From the IMG/VR virus record IMGVR_UViG_3300032007_000041: a stretch of DNA of 64,000 nucleotides; one strand, written 5' to 3'. Made by a program: the position numbers and the translations under genes. Shown here one piece after another: positions 30,928 to 40,695 of this stretch; positions within the stretch are counted from its first letter, which is position 1; each line of letters opens with the position of its first letter. The notes under the pieces are model-generated. The model ran no database searches. It had not been told where the DNA came from and worked only from the letters and a program-made list of their open reading frames with translations. The stretch is from an uncultured virus (IMG/VR IMGVR_UViG_3300032007_000041) (Duplodnaviria > Heunggongvirae > Uroviricota > Caudoviricetes).

Positions 30928-31711
30928 TTTTTAATTTAGCAAGTCGCGTAACTTGTTTATCATGGCAATCATAATAATATACTTTATTTACATTTGTCTG
31001 TGATTTTATTGCATCTGCTACTTCTTCTCGTGTACAATTTGATAAATTATCATCTATAAATGCCATATTCATAGCTATATGTCCAAAAGCAAATACATCA
31101 GAACCTACATCTTTTTCCATTGTATCATTATCTATACGTTGTATATCTTTATCATTATCATATCCTTGTTTTAAAAATACACGTTTGATTAATTGCGTAT
31201 GTGTTTCAAAATTTTTTCCTATATATATTTTACCATCTACATATACAAATGGATTTTCACGATTATTATAATCCAATTTATACGTTAAAAATGTACTATC
31301 TCCTACATTGTCTTTCTTATTTTTTAAGTCCTCCATATATTCTATTGTATCAGGATAATATTTGTCTTTATATTTTAAATAATTTTGATAATATCCTTTT
31401 CTATCTGATAATTCCGTTAATATATCTTCAGGTAAATTTTCAGATACTTCAAAATCCTCTATATATACTCCTATATTTTCTTCACAAGTAAATAAAAAAT
31501 CTGTATCTTCTATCAAATTATACACATATAAATCTATATCTGCATCTTCATTATTTTCATCTTTTTTACTAAAATAATTTTTCAAATATTCTTCACTAAA
31601 ATATTTTGATATATCTGAATCTTTGTCTATTCCTTCTAAACATTTATCAAAATTATTCCCTAACAAATCTTTTAATTCATATATATCATCTATATATATT
31701 TCTTCATCCAT
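30920..31711 (-). CDS. Acidic tandem-paralog family member (start reassigned to MDEEIYID)
   Basis: Shares LDY..R...FVY.DG, THxQ, AFGHI..NMAF and C-terminal RLAK with the next two genes; ORF-track start overlaps a terminator and the upstream gene. Confidence 0.75.
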   Translation of the reverse strand: MDEEIYIDDIYELKDLLGNNFDKCLEGIDKDSDISKYFSEEYLKNYFSKKDENNEDADIDLYVYNLIEDTDFLFTCEENIGVYIEDFEVSENLPEDILTELSDRKGYYQNYLKYKDKYYPDTIEYMEDLKNKKDNVGDSTFLTYKLDYNNRENPFVYVDGKIYIGKNFETHTQLIKRVFLKQGYDNDKDIQRIDNDTMEKDVGSDVFAFGHIAMNMAFIDDNLSNCTREEVADAIKSQTNVNKVYYYDCHDKQVTRLAKLKSV

Positions 31712-31751
31712 ATTTTCACAACCCTGTATATTATCTATAAAAAAAATAAAT

Positions 31752-31779
31752 AAAGACAAGTTTTTTACAACTTGTCTTT
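31752..31779. terminator. Intrinsic terminator
   Basis: AAAGACAAGTT-loop-AACTTGTCTTT. Confidence 0.7.
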
Positions 31780-31784
31780 TCATT

Positions 31785-32714
31785 TTATTTTGTATAGCAT
31801 CTGAATTTAGCAAGGCGTTGAACCAAATAATTATTCGTATCATAAAAATATGCTTTGTCTACGCCCAATTGTTTAATACAAGCCTTTGCTACATCATCTT
31901 CACTTGCACCTGATTCAAGTACTTCAATAAATGCCATATTATCAACAATATGTCCAAATGCAATATCTTTTGTACCTGTTAAACGTTCCATTCTTGCTTG
32001 GCTAGGTCTACTTCCTCCAATATCACCATCACCTTCAAAATCTTTTGGAATCCTATCTCCTTTTCCTACATCTTCCAAATATTTTTCTAAAATTTGTGCA
32101 TGGGTTTCTCCCTTATCACCTTTGATACAATCACCTGCTATATAAATGAACGCTGCGTCTCTTGTATCATAATCTAAATTTTCTGTAGATTCTACTTCTA
32201 TTGTATCACCAATATTGTCATCTAATTCATTTAAATCAGACCACTCATCTACACTTGCAGATTTTTCATCATAATCTAATTCTAGTGTTTCGTCTTGATT
32301 TTCTTCCCCAAATCCATACGAACGTTCATTATCTTCCATATACATATCTTTTGCTCTATCAAATTCTTCTTCAAAATCTGTATCACTAGGAATATCATCT
32401 GCTATTTCCGATACACAATTATCCGTTATGGATAATTCATCTTCTGAATTATAATCACCTAACCATGAATTGTATTCGCTTACTAATACATCAGAATTAA
32501 TGATACCATCTAAATATTCTTCTGAATTAATGTTTTTTACTCCCTCATATGCCGTTTGATTCATATCACAATCGAAATCAGCCGTTGGGAATAATTCTGC
32601 AAGTGTATCATATATTCCATCTTCTGTAATACTATAAGCAGAATTAATAAAATCTTTATAATCAGAATCTAAATAATCTTTTAAATCATTTGCATTATCA
32701 AAAACTATTTCCAT
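31785..32714 (-). CDS. Acidic tandem-paralog family member
   Basis: Colinear similarity to 32854..33786 (KDYLDSD, ITE.GI.D, SRP.Q.RM.RL, AFGHIVDNMAF). Confidence 0.85.
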   Translation of the reverse strand: MEIVFDNANDLKDYLDSDYKDFINSAYSITEDGIYDTLAELFPTADFDCDMNQTAYEGVKNINSEEYLDGIINSDVLVSEYNSWLGDYNSEDELSITDNCVSEIADDIPSDTDFEEEFDRAKDMYMEDNERSYGFGEENQDETLELDYDEKSASVDEWSDLNELDDNIGDTIEVESTENLDYDTRDAAFIYIAGDCIKGDKGETHAQILEKYLEDVGKGDRIPKDFEGDGDIGGSRPSQARMERLTGTKDIAFGHIVDNMAFIEVLESGASEDDVAKACIKQLGVDKAYFYDTNNYLVQRLAKFRCYTK

Positions 32715-32821
32715 TATACATCCATCCTTATTATCTTTGCTAATCTTTTTACTACATCTGTTTTAGAATTTCTACTTACCATATATACTTTGTCTACTTT
32801 TAATTGCTTCTTACAAACATT
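32714..32821 (-). pseudogene. C-terminal remnant of another acidic paralog
   Basis: Startless frame NVCKKQLKVDKVYMVSRNSKTDVVKRLAKIIRMDV* matches ACKKQLKVDKVY...VVKRLAK of 32854..33786. Confidence 0.75.
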
Positions 32822-32853
32822 CTACTATTCCTTTTCTTAAAATATTATCTTTT

Positions 32854-33786
32854 TTATTTCGTATAAACTTTCCATTTAGCCAAACGTTTAACTACACCGC
32901 TGTAATTATCTAAGAAATAAACCTTATCTACTTTTAATTGTTTCTTACAAGCCTTGGCTACATCATCTTCATTTGCTCCTGTTTCCAAAACTTCAACAAA
33001 CGCCATATTATCTACAATATGCCCAAACGCTACATTATCTGTATCTACCAAACGTCTCATACGTGACTGCGTTGGTCTACTTCTTGCTATATCATCACCT
33101 TTTAAATCCTCTGGTATCATATCTTCATTTCCAAGTTCTTCCATGTAATCCGCTAAAATCTGCCCATGTGTTTTTCCTTCTTCGCCATAGGCTACATCAC
33201 CATCTATATATACAAACGCACCATCGCGATTATCATAATCTAATGACCTTCCATCTTCAATGTTTGTTTGTTCCCCTATTTTATCATCTACTTCTGCTAA
33301 ATCTGACCAATCATCAACAGAATTATCTTCTTCATTATACTCTAAATCTAGGGTTATATCATCATCTTCTTCACCAAAACCTGAACAATTACGCTCACAA
33401 TAAGATACATAACTATTCAATGCTTTATCAAAATTTTCCTCAATATCCGTTTTGCTTGTTAGTTCCCCTGCCATTTCAGAAACACAGTCGCTAGAAACAT
33501 CTAATTCATCTTCTGTATTATAATCAGATAGCCAATTTTCGTATTCATCTAATAACAAGTCATTATTTGTAATATCATCAATATAATCATTGACATCTAA
33601 ATTACTTAACCCTTCATAAGCAGTTTCGTTCATTTCATCGTCACCGTTACGTGTTGGATAAAATGCTTCTAATTCATCACGAATACCTCCTTCTGTAATG
33701 CAATAAGGTGAATTTAAAAATTCATTAAAATCTGAATCTAAATAATCTTTCGCTTCGCTTATTGTATTAAAAACAATCTTTGCCAT
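32854..33786 (-). CDS. Acidic tandem-paralog family member
   Basis: AAGGAGG RBS; paralog of 31785..32714. Confidence 0.85.
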   Translation of the reverse strand: MAKIVFNTISEAKDYLDSDFNEFLNSPYCITEGGIRDELEAFYPTRNGDDEMNETAYEGLSNLDVNDYIDDITNNDLLLDEYENWLSDYNTEDELDVSSDCVSEMAGELTSKTDIEENFDKALNSYVSYCERNCSGFGEEDDDITLDLEYNEEDNSVDDWSDLAEVDDKIGEQTNIEDGRSLDYDNRDGAFVYIDGDVAYGEEGKTHGQILADYMEELGNEDMIPEDLKGDDIARSRPTQSRMRRLVDTDNVAFGHIVDNMAFVEVLETGANEDDVAKACKKQLKVDKVYFLDNYSGVVKRLAKWKVYTK

Positions 33787-33909
33787 TTAAACATCCTCCT
33801 TTGTATATAAAACCACTTTTGCCAATCTCTTGACTACATTATTATTATGATTTACATAATATACTTTATCTATTATATATCTATCCTTTATTTTATTTCG
33901 TGTATTATA
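33787..33909 (-). pseudogene. Second C-terminal remnant of the acidic paralog family
   Basis: Startless frame ...IIDKVYYVNHNNNVVKRLAKVVLYTKEDV*. Confidence 0.65.
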
Positions 33910-34081
33910 TTATCCTCTTTTGGCTTTCATATATTCATACCAATAATATATGTTTTTATCTCCATTTACCGAACTAATAAAAAACCACACTATCAATACT
34001 GTAACTATAATCGAACCTATTGTATTAACAACTACCTGTAATATATAAGAAAAAATTAGTACCATTAAAAACGCCGTCAAA

Positions 34082-34537
34082 CTATTCATTACTATCTTCC
34101 CTTTCTATACGATTATTATATTTCTCTATTAAATAGTTTTTAATTGATGTCCTCATATTAGATAAAAATTCGTGATATTCTGTATATTGACAATTTAATT
34201 TTATCTGCAATATTTCTACATCATTGAAATTCGTCTTTACAAAATTGTTTAGACTACCATATTCACACGTTATATCATTTATCCCTTTATCATTCAAAAG
34301 TAATGTGAACATAATTAATCTCGTATTCTTACGATATGTTTTTAACCTGATTACATGACGTGTATTTATCTTTGCATACTCATTCATATATTCCGTTATT
34401 TCATCTACTATCGTCTTTAAATAAGGAAAATCCATAGATTTATATATATAAAATGATAGATTGTTAATATGGATAAAATCTATCGCTTTATCCATTACTC
34501 TCTTGACTCTATCATTTAATCTTACATTGTCTACCAA
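34082..34537 (-). CDS. Hypothetical protein
   Basis: 151-aa ORF, AGGTGA RBS. Confidence 0.65.
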   Translation of the reverse strand: MVDNVRLNDRVKRVMDKAIDFIHINNLSFYIYKSMDFPYLKTIVDEITEYMNEYAKINTRHVIRLKTYRKNTRLIMFTLLLNDKGINDITCEYGSLNNFVKTNFNDVEILQIKLNCQYTEYHEFLSNMRTSIKNYLIEKYNNRIEREDSNE

Positions 34538-34544
34538 TTATATC

Positions 34545-35699
34545 TCACCTACTTTTTATACTATCATTTAATATATCTTTTAATAATACATCATTATCTT
34601 TCATGCCTAATATATCAAATAATCTTTTTTCATTTATATGTATCTCTTGACTTATATTATCATCTATATCAAATAGTTTTAGATAGTATGTTAATCCATC
34701 ATTATGCGTTTTGTTTTCATTACTATAATAGACTTTTTTATCTAATGCAGAAAATTCAAATATCATTTTCCCTATATTCTCTGCATATACATTATCTATT
34801 ACTTTTCTCCAACGTTGATAATATAATTCTGTAGCTTTTAAATATTTAAAGTCTATATTACCTGTCCTTTCTCTTTTATCTTCTGTTACTATTCCATTTA
34901 TACGATTTAATCGTTTTAAATGATTGAATCTTTCATGACTAAACTTGTGATAATATATCTTATATCTTTTATCTAGTTCTTTTTGTATAAAAAGATTATT
35001 TTGTATATGGTTATTTGTATTCTTAAATAGATTTTGTTGAAATAAATTTTGTTGAAATAGATTTTGTTGTATATTATATCGATTATCTATATTAATGTTT
35101 TTACTATCTATCACAAATTTTTCTTTATGATTATTTGTGGTATTTTTTATAAAAAGGTTTTGTTGCATAATATATTGATTTGTTATTTCATTTTGATATT
35201 GTATCTGATTGGTTTTAACAAGATAACTGTTAAGTGAATATTTTTGTAATAAATATTGTGAGCGATATAGTATAAGATATTGTTGCATAATATATTGATT
35301 GGCAGGATTACCATATATAGTACAATTATTTAAATTCCAAATATAACCAATATATTTACAATTATCTATAAAATAATCATATATGATTCTTCCTGCATCT
35401 AACAAATACAATTTATTATAATTTGGTATTTTATCTAAAAATCTAAATACACCGAATGACATAATAAGCTGGTCAAATTTATAATCATATAGTTTATTTA
35501 ATGGAATAATATTGTATTCAAAATTATCAGGAACACTTTTTTTTAGTTGCATAAAATATTTTACATTTTGTTTTATGTTTTTTGTATCTACAACTATATT
35601 ACATTTTACATTAATATAATGATTTAAATTAAACCATAAATCAACCAAAGAAGTGGTTGTTCCATCCAAATAAGGATAATAAATTACTATATCTATCAT
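34545..35699 (-). CDS. Divergent GT-B-like glycosyltransferase, ENIGKMIFEF family copy 3, with a low-complexity insertion
   Basis: YPYLDGTTTSLVDLWFNL, YYHKFSHER, YQRW, ENIGKMIFEF, DGLTYYL. Confidence 0.5.
   Translation of the reverse strand: MIDIVIYYPYLDGTTTSLVDLWFNLNHYINVKCNIVVDTKNIKQNVKYFMQLKKSVPDNFEYNIIPLNKLYDYKFDQLIMSFGVFRFLDKIPNYNKLYLLDAGRIIYDYFIDNCKYIGYIWNLNNCTIYGNPANQYIMQQYLILYRSQYLLQKYSLNSYLVKTNQIQYQNEITNQYIMQQNLFIKNTTNNHKEKFVIDSKNINIDNRYNIQQNLFQQNLFQQNLFKNTNNHIQNNLFIQKELDKRYKIYYHKFSHERFNHLKRLNRINGIVTEDKRERTGNIDFKYLKATELYYQRWRKVIDNVYAENIGKMIFEFSALDKKVYYSNENKTHNDGLTYYLKLFDIDDNISQEIHINEKRLFDILGMKDNDVLLKDILNDSIKSR
35025..35300. repeat. Internal direct and tandem repeats (NQYIMQQ x2, QQNLF repeats)
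   Basis: 21-bp direct repeat TTGTTGCATAATATATTGATT at 35160 and 35280; 15-bp tandem units near 35030-35070. Confidence 0.85.
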
Positions 35700-35765
35700 A
35701 TCAAAATCTCCTATTAAAAAAATATAAAAAAAAAGACTAAATATAGCTTTAGTCTTTAAATATAG

Positions 35766-36305
35766 TCAACGATAAATCCACATCCGCTGAGCATAGCTAC
35801 GAATCCGAACTGGTGCAGGATTACTCTTGATACCTCTAGCAGAAGGACGCATAGCTTTTTTAATATTCGTTTTTTGTTGTTGATATGCACCTTGCATAGC
35901 TTGTGCAATAGATTGATACCCTGCTGCTTGATTTATATTTAACGAAATACCATTATCAGAATAACTAAATGCTTCACCGTTTTGTACAATTGCTTCCCCA
36001 AGGAGGGACATGATGAATGCTCCTGCTAAAACACAACCTTCCCAACTAACAGGAACATCATATAATGTGTATACTGTAAATGGTGGTTCTGCATTAATAT
36101 CTGCCATAGCTATTTGTAAATAAATCAAAAGTAATTCATCTGACCACCTTTGACCTCTTTGTTTTTCTACTAATGTATTTAAACTACGAAACTGTTCATC
36201 AGGAATATCTTTTAACATAGCACGTAATTTATGTACTAAATCTCTTTCTCTATCTGTTAAAGGAGAAATTGAATTATCATCTGATGATTGTAAAATAATG
36301 GGCAT
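35766..36305 (-). CDS. Probable head-completion/adaptor (neck) protein
   Basis: Position downstream of the capsid gene, size, helical character, YSDNGISL segment. Confidence 0.45.
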   Translation of the reverse strand: MPIILQSSDDNSISPLTDRERDLVHKLRAMLKDIPDEQFRSLNTLVEKQRGQRWSDELLLIYLQIAMADINAEPPFTVYTLYDVPVSWEGCVLAGAFIMSLLGEAIVQNGEAFSYSDNGISLNINQAAGYQSIAQAMQGAYQQQKTNIKKAMRPSARGIKSNPAPVRIRSYAQRMWIYR

Positions 36306-36386
36306 AAGTTATTCACCACCTTAATTTATTCTCTCTAATTAAAATATAGTGAAAACTCATGCCTATTATAGTCAAGATATTCAATT

Positions 36387-37685
36387 TTATAAAGTAATAA
36401 TCCTATCAAATGGAATTTTATTTTTATCTATTAAATTGTTATTTGCTATATCATCTAAATAATCTTTAAATAATCCCTTATAATCAAAAATAAATCCATC
36501 GTCATATAATTTACTTTCTATATCATGTGGAATTAAATCAGGTTCATTTAAAGCGACAAAAATACAATCATTTCCGATAAGTATTTCATCTAACAAATCT
36601 ATATCATATTGTTCTTTAACTAATTTTTTATTACATTTGTTATCAACAATATAAACTTCCGCACCTGCATCAGTTAAACATTTATACAAATCATAAATTT
36701 TAGTATTACGAATATCGTTACAATTTTCTTTAAATGAAAAACCTAATATTGTAATACGTGGATGTTCTTTATTAATACGGTTTAAAATATTATTTGCTAA
36801 AAAGAACGGAACGACTTCATTAACAGTTCTAGCAGAATCTATTAATCCATACCATTCTTTATTATATTCATTTTCATAATTGATAAAGTAATAAGGGTCT
36901 ACACCTATACAATGTCCTCCAACCATACCAGGACGATAAGTGGCACTATTAAAATTAAATTTTGTTTCTGCTGATTCAAGTACATCATGAAAATTAATTC
37001 CTGTGTCAGAACAAATCATTTGAAATTCATTTAATAGAGCAATATTCACATCACGTTTAATATTTTCAAGTAATTTAGACGTTTCTGCTACTTCAAGTGA
37101 AGAACATTTATGGAGTCTGTTCTTGGGTAAAATTAAATGATATATATCATATACTTTTTCTAATGCATTATCACTTGAACCGGAAATTAACTTAGTTATT
37201 TGTTTTATTTTTTTACCATTTTTACCTGGTTGTAATCTTTCAGGAGAAAAACCAACATAAAAATCTTCATTACATTTTAACAAAGAAATTTTTTCTAATG
37301 TGGGAATGCAAATTTCTCTAGTTGTTTTTGGGGCTACAGTAGATTCAATAATTACTGTGTCTCCTTTTTTTAGATAAAAAGCTACATTAGTAATTGCTTT
37401 CGTTAACATTGTAATATCAGGTTTTTTATTTTTATCAATTGGAGTTGGAACACAAATAATCCACACATTAGGATTATATATATCTATATCACTTAATTCA
37501 TTTATATATATAATATCATCTAATAATGTTGTATCAATTGATTGTGTATTGTCTATACCATTTTTATATTGCTGAATTTTTTCTTTATTCGTATCATATC
37601 CATATACAGGAACTTTTTTAACAAATTCACAAGCCAATTGTATACCAACATATCCTAGACCAACTATACAAATTTTATAATCCAT
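36387..37685 (-). CDS. Nucleotide-sugar dehydrogenase (UDP-Glc/GDP-Man dehydrogenase family, UDP-HexNAc 6-dehydrogenase-like)
   Basis: VGLGYVG, CVPTP, ESTVAP, FSPER, KLLEN..RDVNIA, GGHCIGVDPYY, GFSFKENCND.RN. Confidence 0.93.
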   Translation of the reverse strand: MDYKICIVGLGYVGIQLACEFVKKVPVYGYDTNKEKIQQYKNGIDNTQSIDTTLLDDIIYINELSDIDIYNPNVWIICVPTPIDKNKKPDITMLTKAITNVAFYLKKGDTVIIESTVAPKTTREICIPTLEKISLLKCNEDFYVGFSPERLQPGKNGKKIKQITKLISGSSDNALEKVYDIYHLILPKNRLHKCSSLEVAETSKLLENIKRDVNIALLNEFQMICSDTGINFHDVLESAETKFNFNSATYRPGMVGGHCIGVDPYYFINYENEYNKEWYGLIDSARTVNEVVPFFLANNILNRINKEHPRITILGFSFKENCNDIRNTKIYDLYKCLTDAGAEVYIVDNKCNKKLVKEQYDIDLLDEILIGNDCIFVALNEPDLIPHDIESKLYDDGFIFDYKGLFKDYLDDIANNNLIDKNKIPFDRIITL

Positions 37686-37698
37686 ATTTTATACTCCT

Positions 37699-38388
37699 TC
37701 ATATAAATTTGTTGGATAAATAATCATCAATTTTCTTACCTAATCTATGATTATTATATTTTATAAAATATTGATTAATATAGTATATTATTAAATGTCT
37801 TTTTTTCATTTTCGCGCAACAATCTATGTCAATAATTGTAAATTTTTTATTTTTATATATGATATTTAAATCATCTAAATCAATAATATTAATATTTTTT
37901 ATAAAAATCAAATATAAAACAAATATAAATTTTAAAATTTTATAATTATATTGTTTTTTATAAAAAATCCTTTCTTCTATTAACATGGTATTGCTAAAAT
38001 AAAATATTTTTGGTAATAAATAGTCCAATCCTTTCTTATTAAAATGTTTTAGATTAAAAGGTATAGTTTGTTTTTGATACCTTGTAATAAATCTGATTGC
38101 ATATTTATTGGTTAATATTTTACTTCTTCCTCTAGTTCTATTTGCTACTATAATTTGTTGTTTTTTATAATTAATTAAAACATATTCATTTGAAACTAAG
38201 AAACCTTGATTTGTAATTTGAACAACATTATATATTTTAATTAATTCTTCATATTTATTTATATTAAATTTATTTCCCAAAATATAATAAAAATCATATT
38301 TACCTGTTTTATAATCATTTTTTGTAAAACAACAATTATATTTATTTTTTGCTTCTAATATATCTAAATTAAAATATTCACATATCAT
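37699..38388 (-). CDS. Divergent protein-kinase-like (small-molecule/sugar kinase-like) protein
   Basis: PKI...LIEERI, DLDDLNII (catalytic loop), IIDID. Confidence 0.5.
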   Translation of the reverse strand: MICEYFNLDILEAKNKYNCCFTKNDYKTGKYDFYYILGNKFNINKYEELIKIYNVVQITNQGFLVSNEYVLINYKKQQIIVANRTRGRSKILTNKYAIRFITRYQKQTIPFNLKHFNKKGLDYLLPKIFYFSNTMLIEERIFYKKQYNYKILKFIFVLYLIFIKNINIIDLDDLNIIYKNKKFTIIDIDCCAKMKKRHLIIYYINQYFIKYNNHRLGKKIDDYLSNKFI

Positions 38389-39117
38389 TCAATCGTCTCT
38401 TTTCAATCTATCATAATATTTTTTGGATATTTTATCTGAAATATCAGAACAAAAAAAATCAATTATATATATATTAATATAAAATATCAACAGTTCAAAT
38501 TTATTAAAAATATTTTTATCTTCTAAATCAACAATATAAAATTTAAAATCTTTACTAATTATAATATTATCTCCTGATAAATCAAATATCATTATGTTTT
38601 TTATAAATAGTAAGTATAATGAAAATATAAATTTAAATATATCGAAATCATTAAATGATGATGATTCAATATATTCTTCTATTAATAAATTTTCATATAT
38701 TTTATATATTTTTGGACAATTACAATTATTTAAAGCACTTATATTTTCCAATATATTATGCAAATATTTTTTATTATCAATATATCTAAATACATATTTA
38801 TTATTAATAAGAATTTTGCTAGTTGTATTAATATCATTAAGTCTTTTACATTTATATATTTTATTATTATAAATTGCATATTTATTTGATAAAAGAAGTT
38901 TATTACCAATATAACATATAAAATTATATTTTTTATATACATTATAATTTAATTTTTTATTTATTAAACAAAAATCATAATTTTTATTAAATTTTATTTC
39001 ATCAAAACATATGGAATAATTAGATAAAATATATGGAAACATGCTTTTTTGTATATAATATAATTTTTTAATCATAATTTCACCATTTAAACAAAAAGAA
39101 GGATGAATTTTTATCAT
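38389..39117 (-). CDS. Divergent protein-kinase-like protein, paralog of 37699..38388
   Basis: PKIY...LIEEYI, FDLSGDNII, IVDLE. Confidence 0.55.
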   Translation of the reverse strand: MIKIHPSFCLNGEIMIKKLYYIQKSMFPYILSNYSICFDEIKFNKNYDFCLINKKLNYNVYKKYNFICYIGNKLLLSNKYAIYNNKIYKCKRLNDINTTSKILINNKYVFRYIDNKKYLHNILENISALNNCNCPKIYKIYENLLIEEYIESSSFNDFDIFKFIFSLYLLFIKNIMIFDLSGDNIIISKDFKFYIVDLEDKNIFNKFELLIFYINIYIIDFFCSDISDKISKKYYDRLKRDD

Positions 39118-39126
39118 CCTTCTTTT
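39093..39126. terminator. Intrinsic terminator after the major capsid gene
   Basis: AAAAGAAGGATGA-loop-TCATCCTTCTTTT. Confidence 0.75.
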
Positions 39127-39143
39127 CTTTATCTATATTAAAA

Positions 39144-39989
39144 TTACTTAATTGTAATCTTAGCAACGGACATACCATTGACAACGGACATACCGATTTC
39201 TTCATAGACAACCCAACCAATACGGAGACGTTCAGGAATATCGGCTGGAATGACTTGGATATCCTGACGAATTGGCATAACACCAACAAACTCTGGGTCA
39301 GCAAGTACATAAACTGTATTGAGTGGAACTTTCTTAGAAATGAGAATTTCAGCAGTCCACAGATGACCAAATGTACCTGTCTGAAGAACTTCGTGCTGTG
39401 TTACTGGGTCGAACTCATTCTGTCCCCACTTACGAATATCAGCAAAAGCCTGTGCATTCATGACAATCTTTGTAACGGCGAGGTCATGCTTTTCAACTTC
39501 ACGGAAAGCAGTAGCAAGAGCATCGCGTGTAAGTCCACCAGCGGAAATCGTTTCAGGATTTACAGATGTTGCAGCTGCATCGAGAAGTGAGAAGCAAGTT
39601 TCATCTTCGACTGCCATAATATCAGACTTAGCACGTTGCTGGGCACGGTCGATAATATTGAAACGACGTTCCTTAATCTGGGAGAAACGAACCTGTGGAT
39701 AAGCAACAACTTCAAAAGTTGGAACCTGGATACGTTCACCCTCAACGAGCTGGTCTGGAGCCTGTCCACGCTTAGAAACGACAAATGCCTTAGCATCAAC
39801 ATCACGGTCGTAAACAGGAAGTGCGCCCTGTGGAAGTGGGTCAACAACGAGTAACTTACGTCCAATACCCTGATAATCAAGGGAAGTACGAATTGGGTTA
39901 GCCATAGCGGAAGCAAGAGCGGCGCGTCCTTCACTTGTTTCAAGAGCATTGGAGATTAAATATTCTTTTTCTTCTTGTGTCATAGACAT
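39144..39989 (-). CDS. Major capsid protein (HK97 fold, phage G-like size)
   Basis: 281 aa, GGAGG RBS, strong codon bias, downstream of portal and protease; GRAALA..MANPIR..LDYQGIGRKLLVVD.LPQG. Confidence 0.85.
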   Translation of the reverse strand: MSMTQEEKEYLISNALETSEGRAALASAMANPIRTSLDYQGIGRKLLVVDPLPQGALPVYDRDVDAKAFVVSKRGQAPDQLVEGERIQVPTFEVVAYPQVRFSQIKERRFNIIDRAQQRAKSDIMAVEDETCFSLLDAAATSVNPETISAGGLTRDALATAFREVEKHDLAVTKIVMNAQAFADIRKWGQNEFDPVTQHEVLQTGTFGHLWTAEILISKKVPLNTVYVLADPEFVGVMPIRQDIQVIPADIPERLRIGWVVYEEIGMSVVNGMSVAKITIK

Positions 39990-40006
39990 AACTAATCAAC
40001 CTCCAA

Positions 40007-40525
40007 TTAAACGTGCATAATAAAGCCGAGGAACTTGCCACCATTAGCAGCTTCGCCAGCCCATTCATACATATTGCCCTGACGGAACTCACCGATAGAA
40101 ACAACTGTACCGAGAACCTTATCACCATCAGCAGCAGGAACAATAGCACCATTAGCATCAGTTGTAATTGTCTTACCAACTGTGAAAGCACTAATTTCCT
40201 TACCAAGACGGCTTTCTGCAACGTGATATTCTCCACCCATGCCAAGCATATAGAATGAAGCCTTACCACTAGCGTTAATCATATCCTTCAAATCTTCGCG
40301 GATAAGACCAACTGCACCTTCGCCCTTTGCACCTGCTGGAACAACCTTTCCATCAGCGGAGATAGCAGCAAAGTGACCTGCCAACTTTCCATCAAGAGCT
40401 TCTGCCTTTTCTGCATCAACGTCATAAAAACCGTTGATAGCACCTTCGATAGCTGCACGCACATACTGCGTAGAGTTAAATGTAGGACCAAAAACAAAAT
40501 GTCCACCTGCATTATTCATAGCCAT
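40007..40525 (-). CDS. Capsid decoration (cement) protein
   Basis: 172-aa Gly/Ala-rich ORF directly upstream of the MCP, same codon bias, GGAGG RBS. Confidence 0.65.
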   Translation of the reverse strand: MAMNNAGGHFVFGPTFNSTQYVRAAIEGAINGFYDVDAEKAEALDGKLAGHFAAISADGKVVPAGAKGEGAVGLIREDLKDMINASGKASFYMLGMGGEYHVAESRLGKEISAFTVGKTITTDANGAIVPAADGDKVLGTVVSIGEFRQGNMYEWAGEAANGGKFLGFIMHV

Positions 40526-40574
40526 CGAAACAACACCTCCAAATAATTATTACAAATTTATTAGTTATTATTAA

Positions 40575-40695
40575 GAGTGTGTTTGTTTATAAAACGTGAT
40601 AATAGCGTGTTTGCAAACTATACATATTTGCGAATATGATTTATTCTAAGATAAATCGAATTATAAAAATTTTGTTTTATCAAACAAACACATTC
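40575..40695. other. Three-way-junction structure upstream of the capsid operon
   Basis: ~21-bp outer stem enclosing two hairpins. Confidence 0.55.

Noticed and set aside
30920..33909. Diversity-generating retroelement template/variable repeats among the paralog C-termini
   Set aside because: No reverse transcriptase in the window, and the differences between copies include indels and are not adenine-specific.
39144..39989. Bacterial encapsulin shell instead of a phage capsid
   Set aside because: Portal, prohead protease, decoration-like and fibre genes nearby indicate a virion head module.
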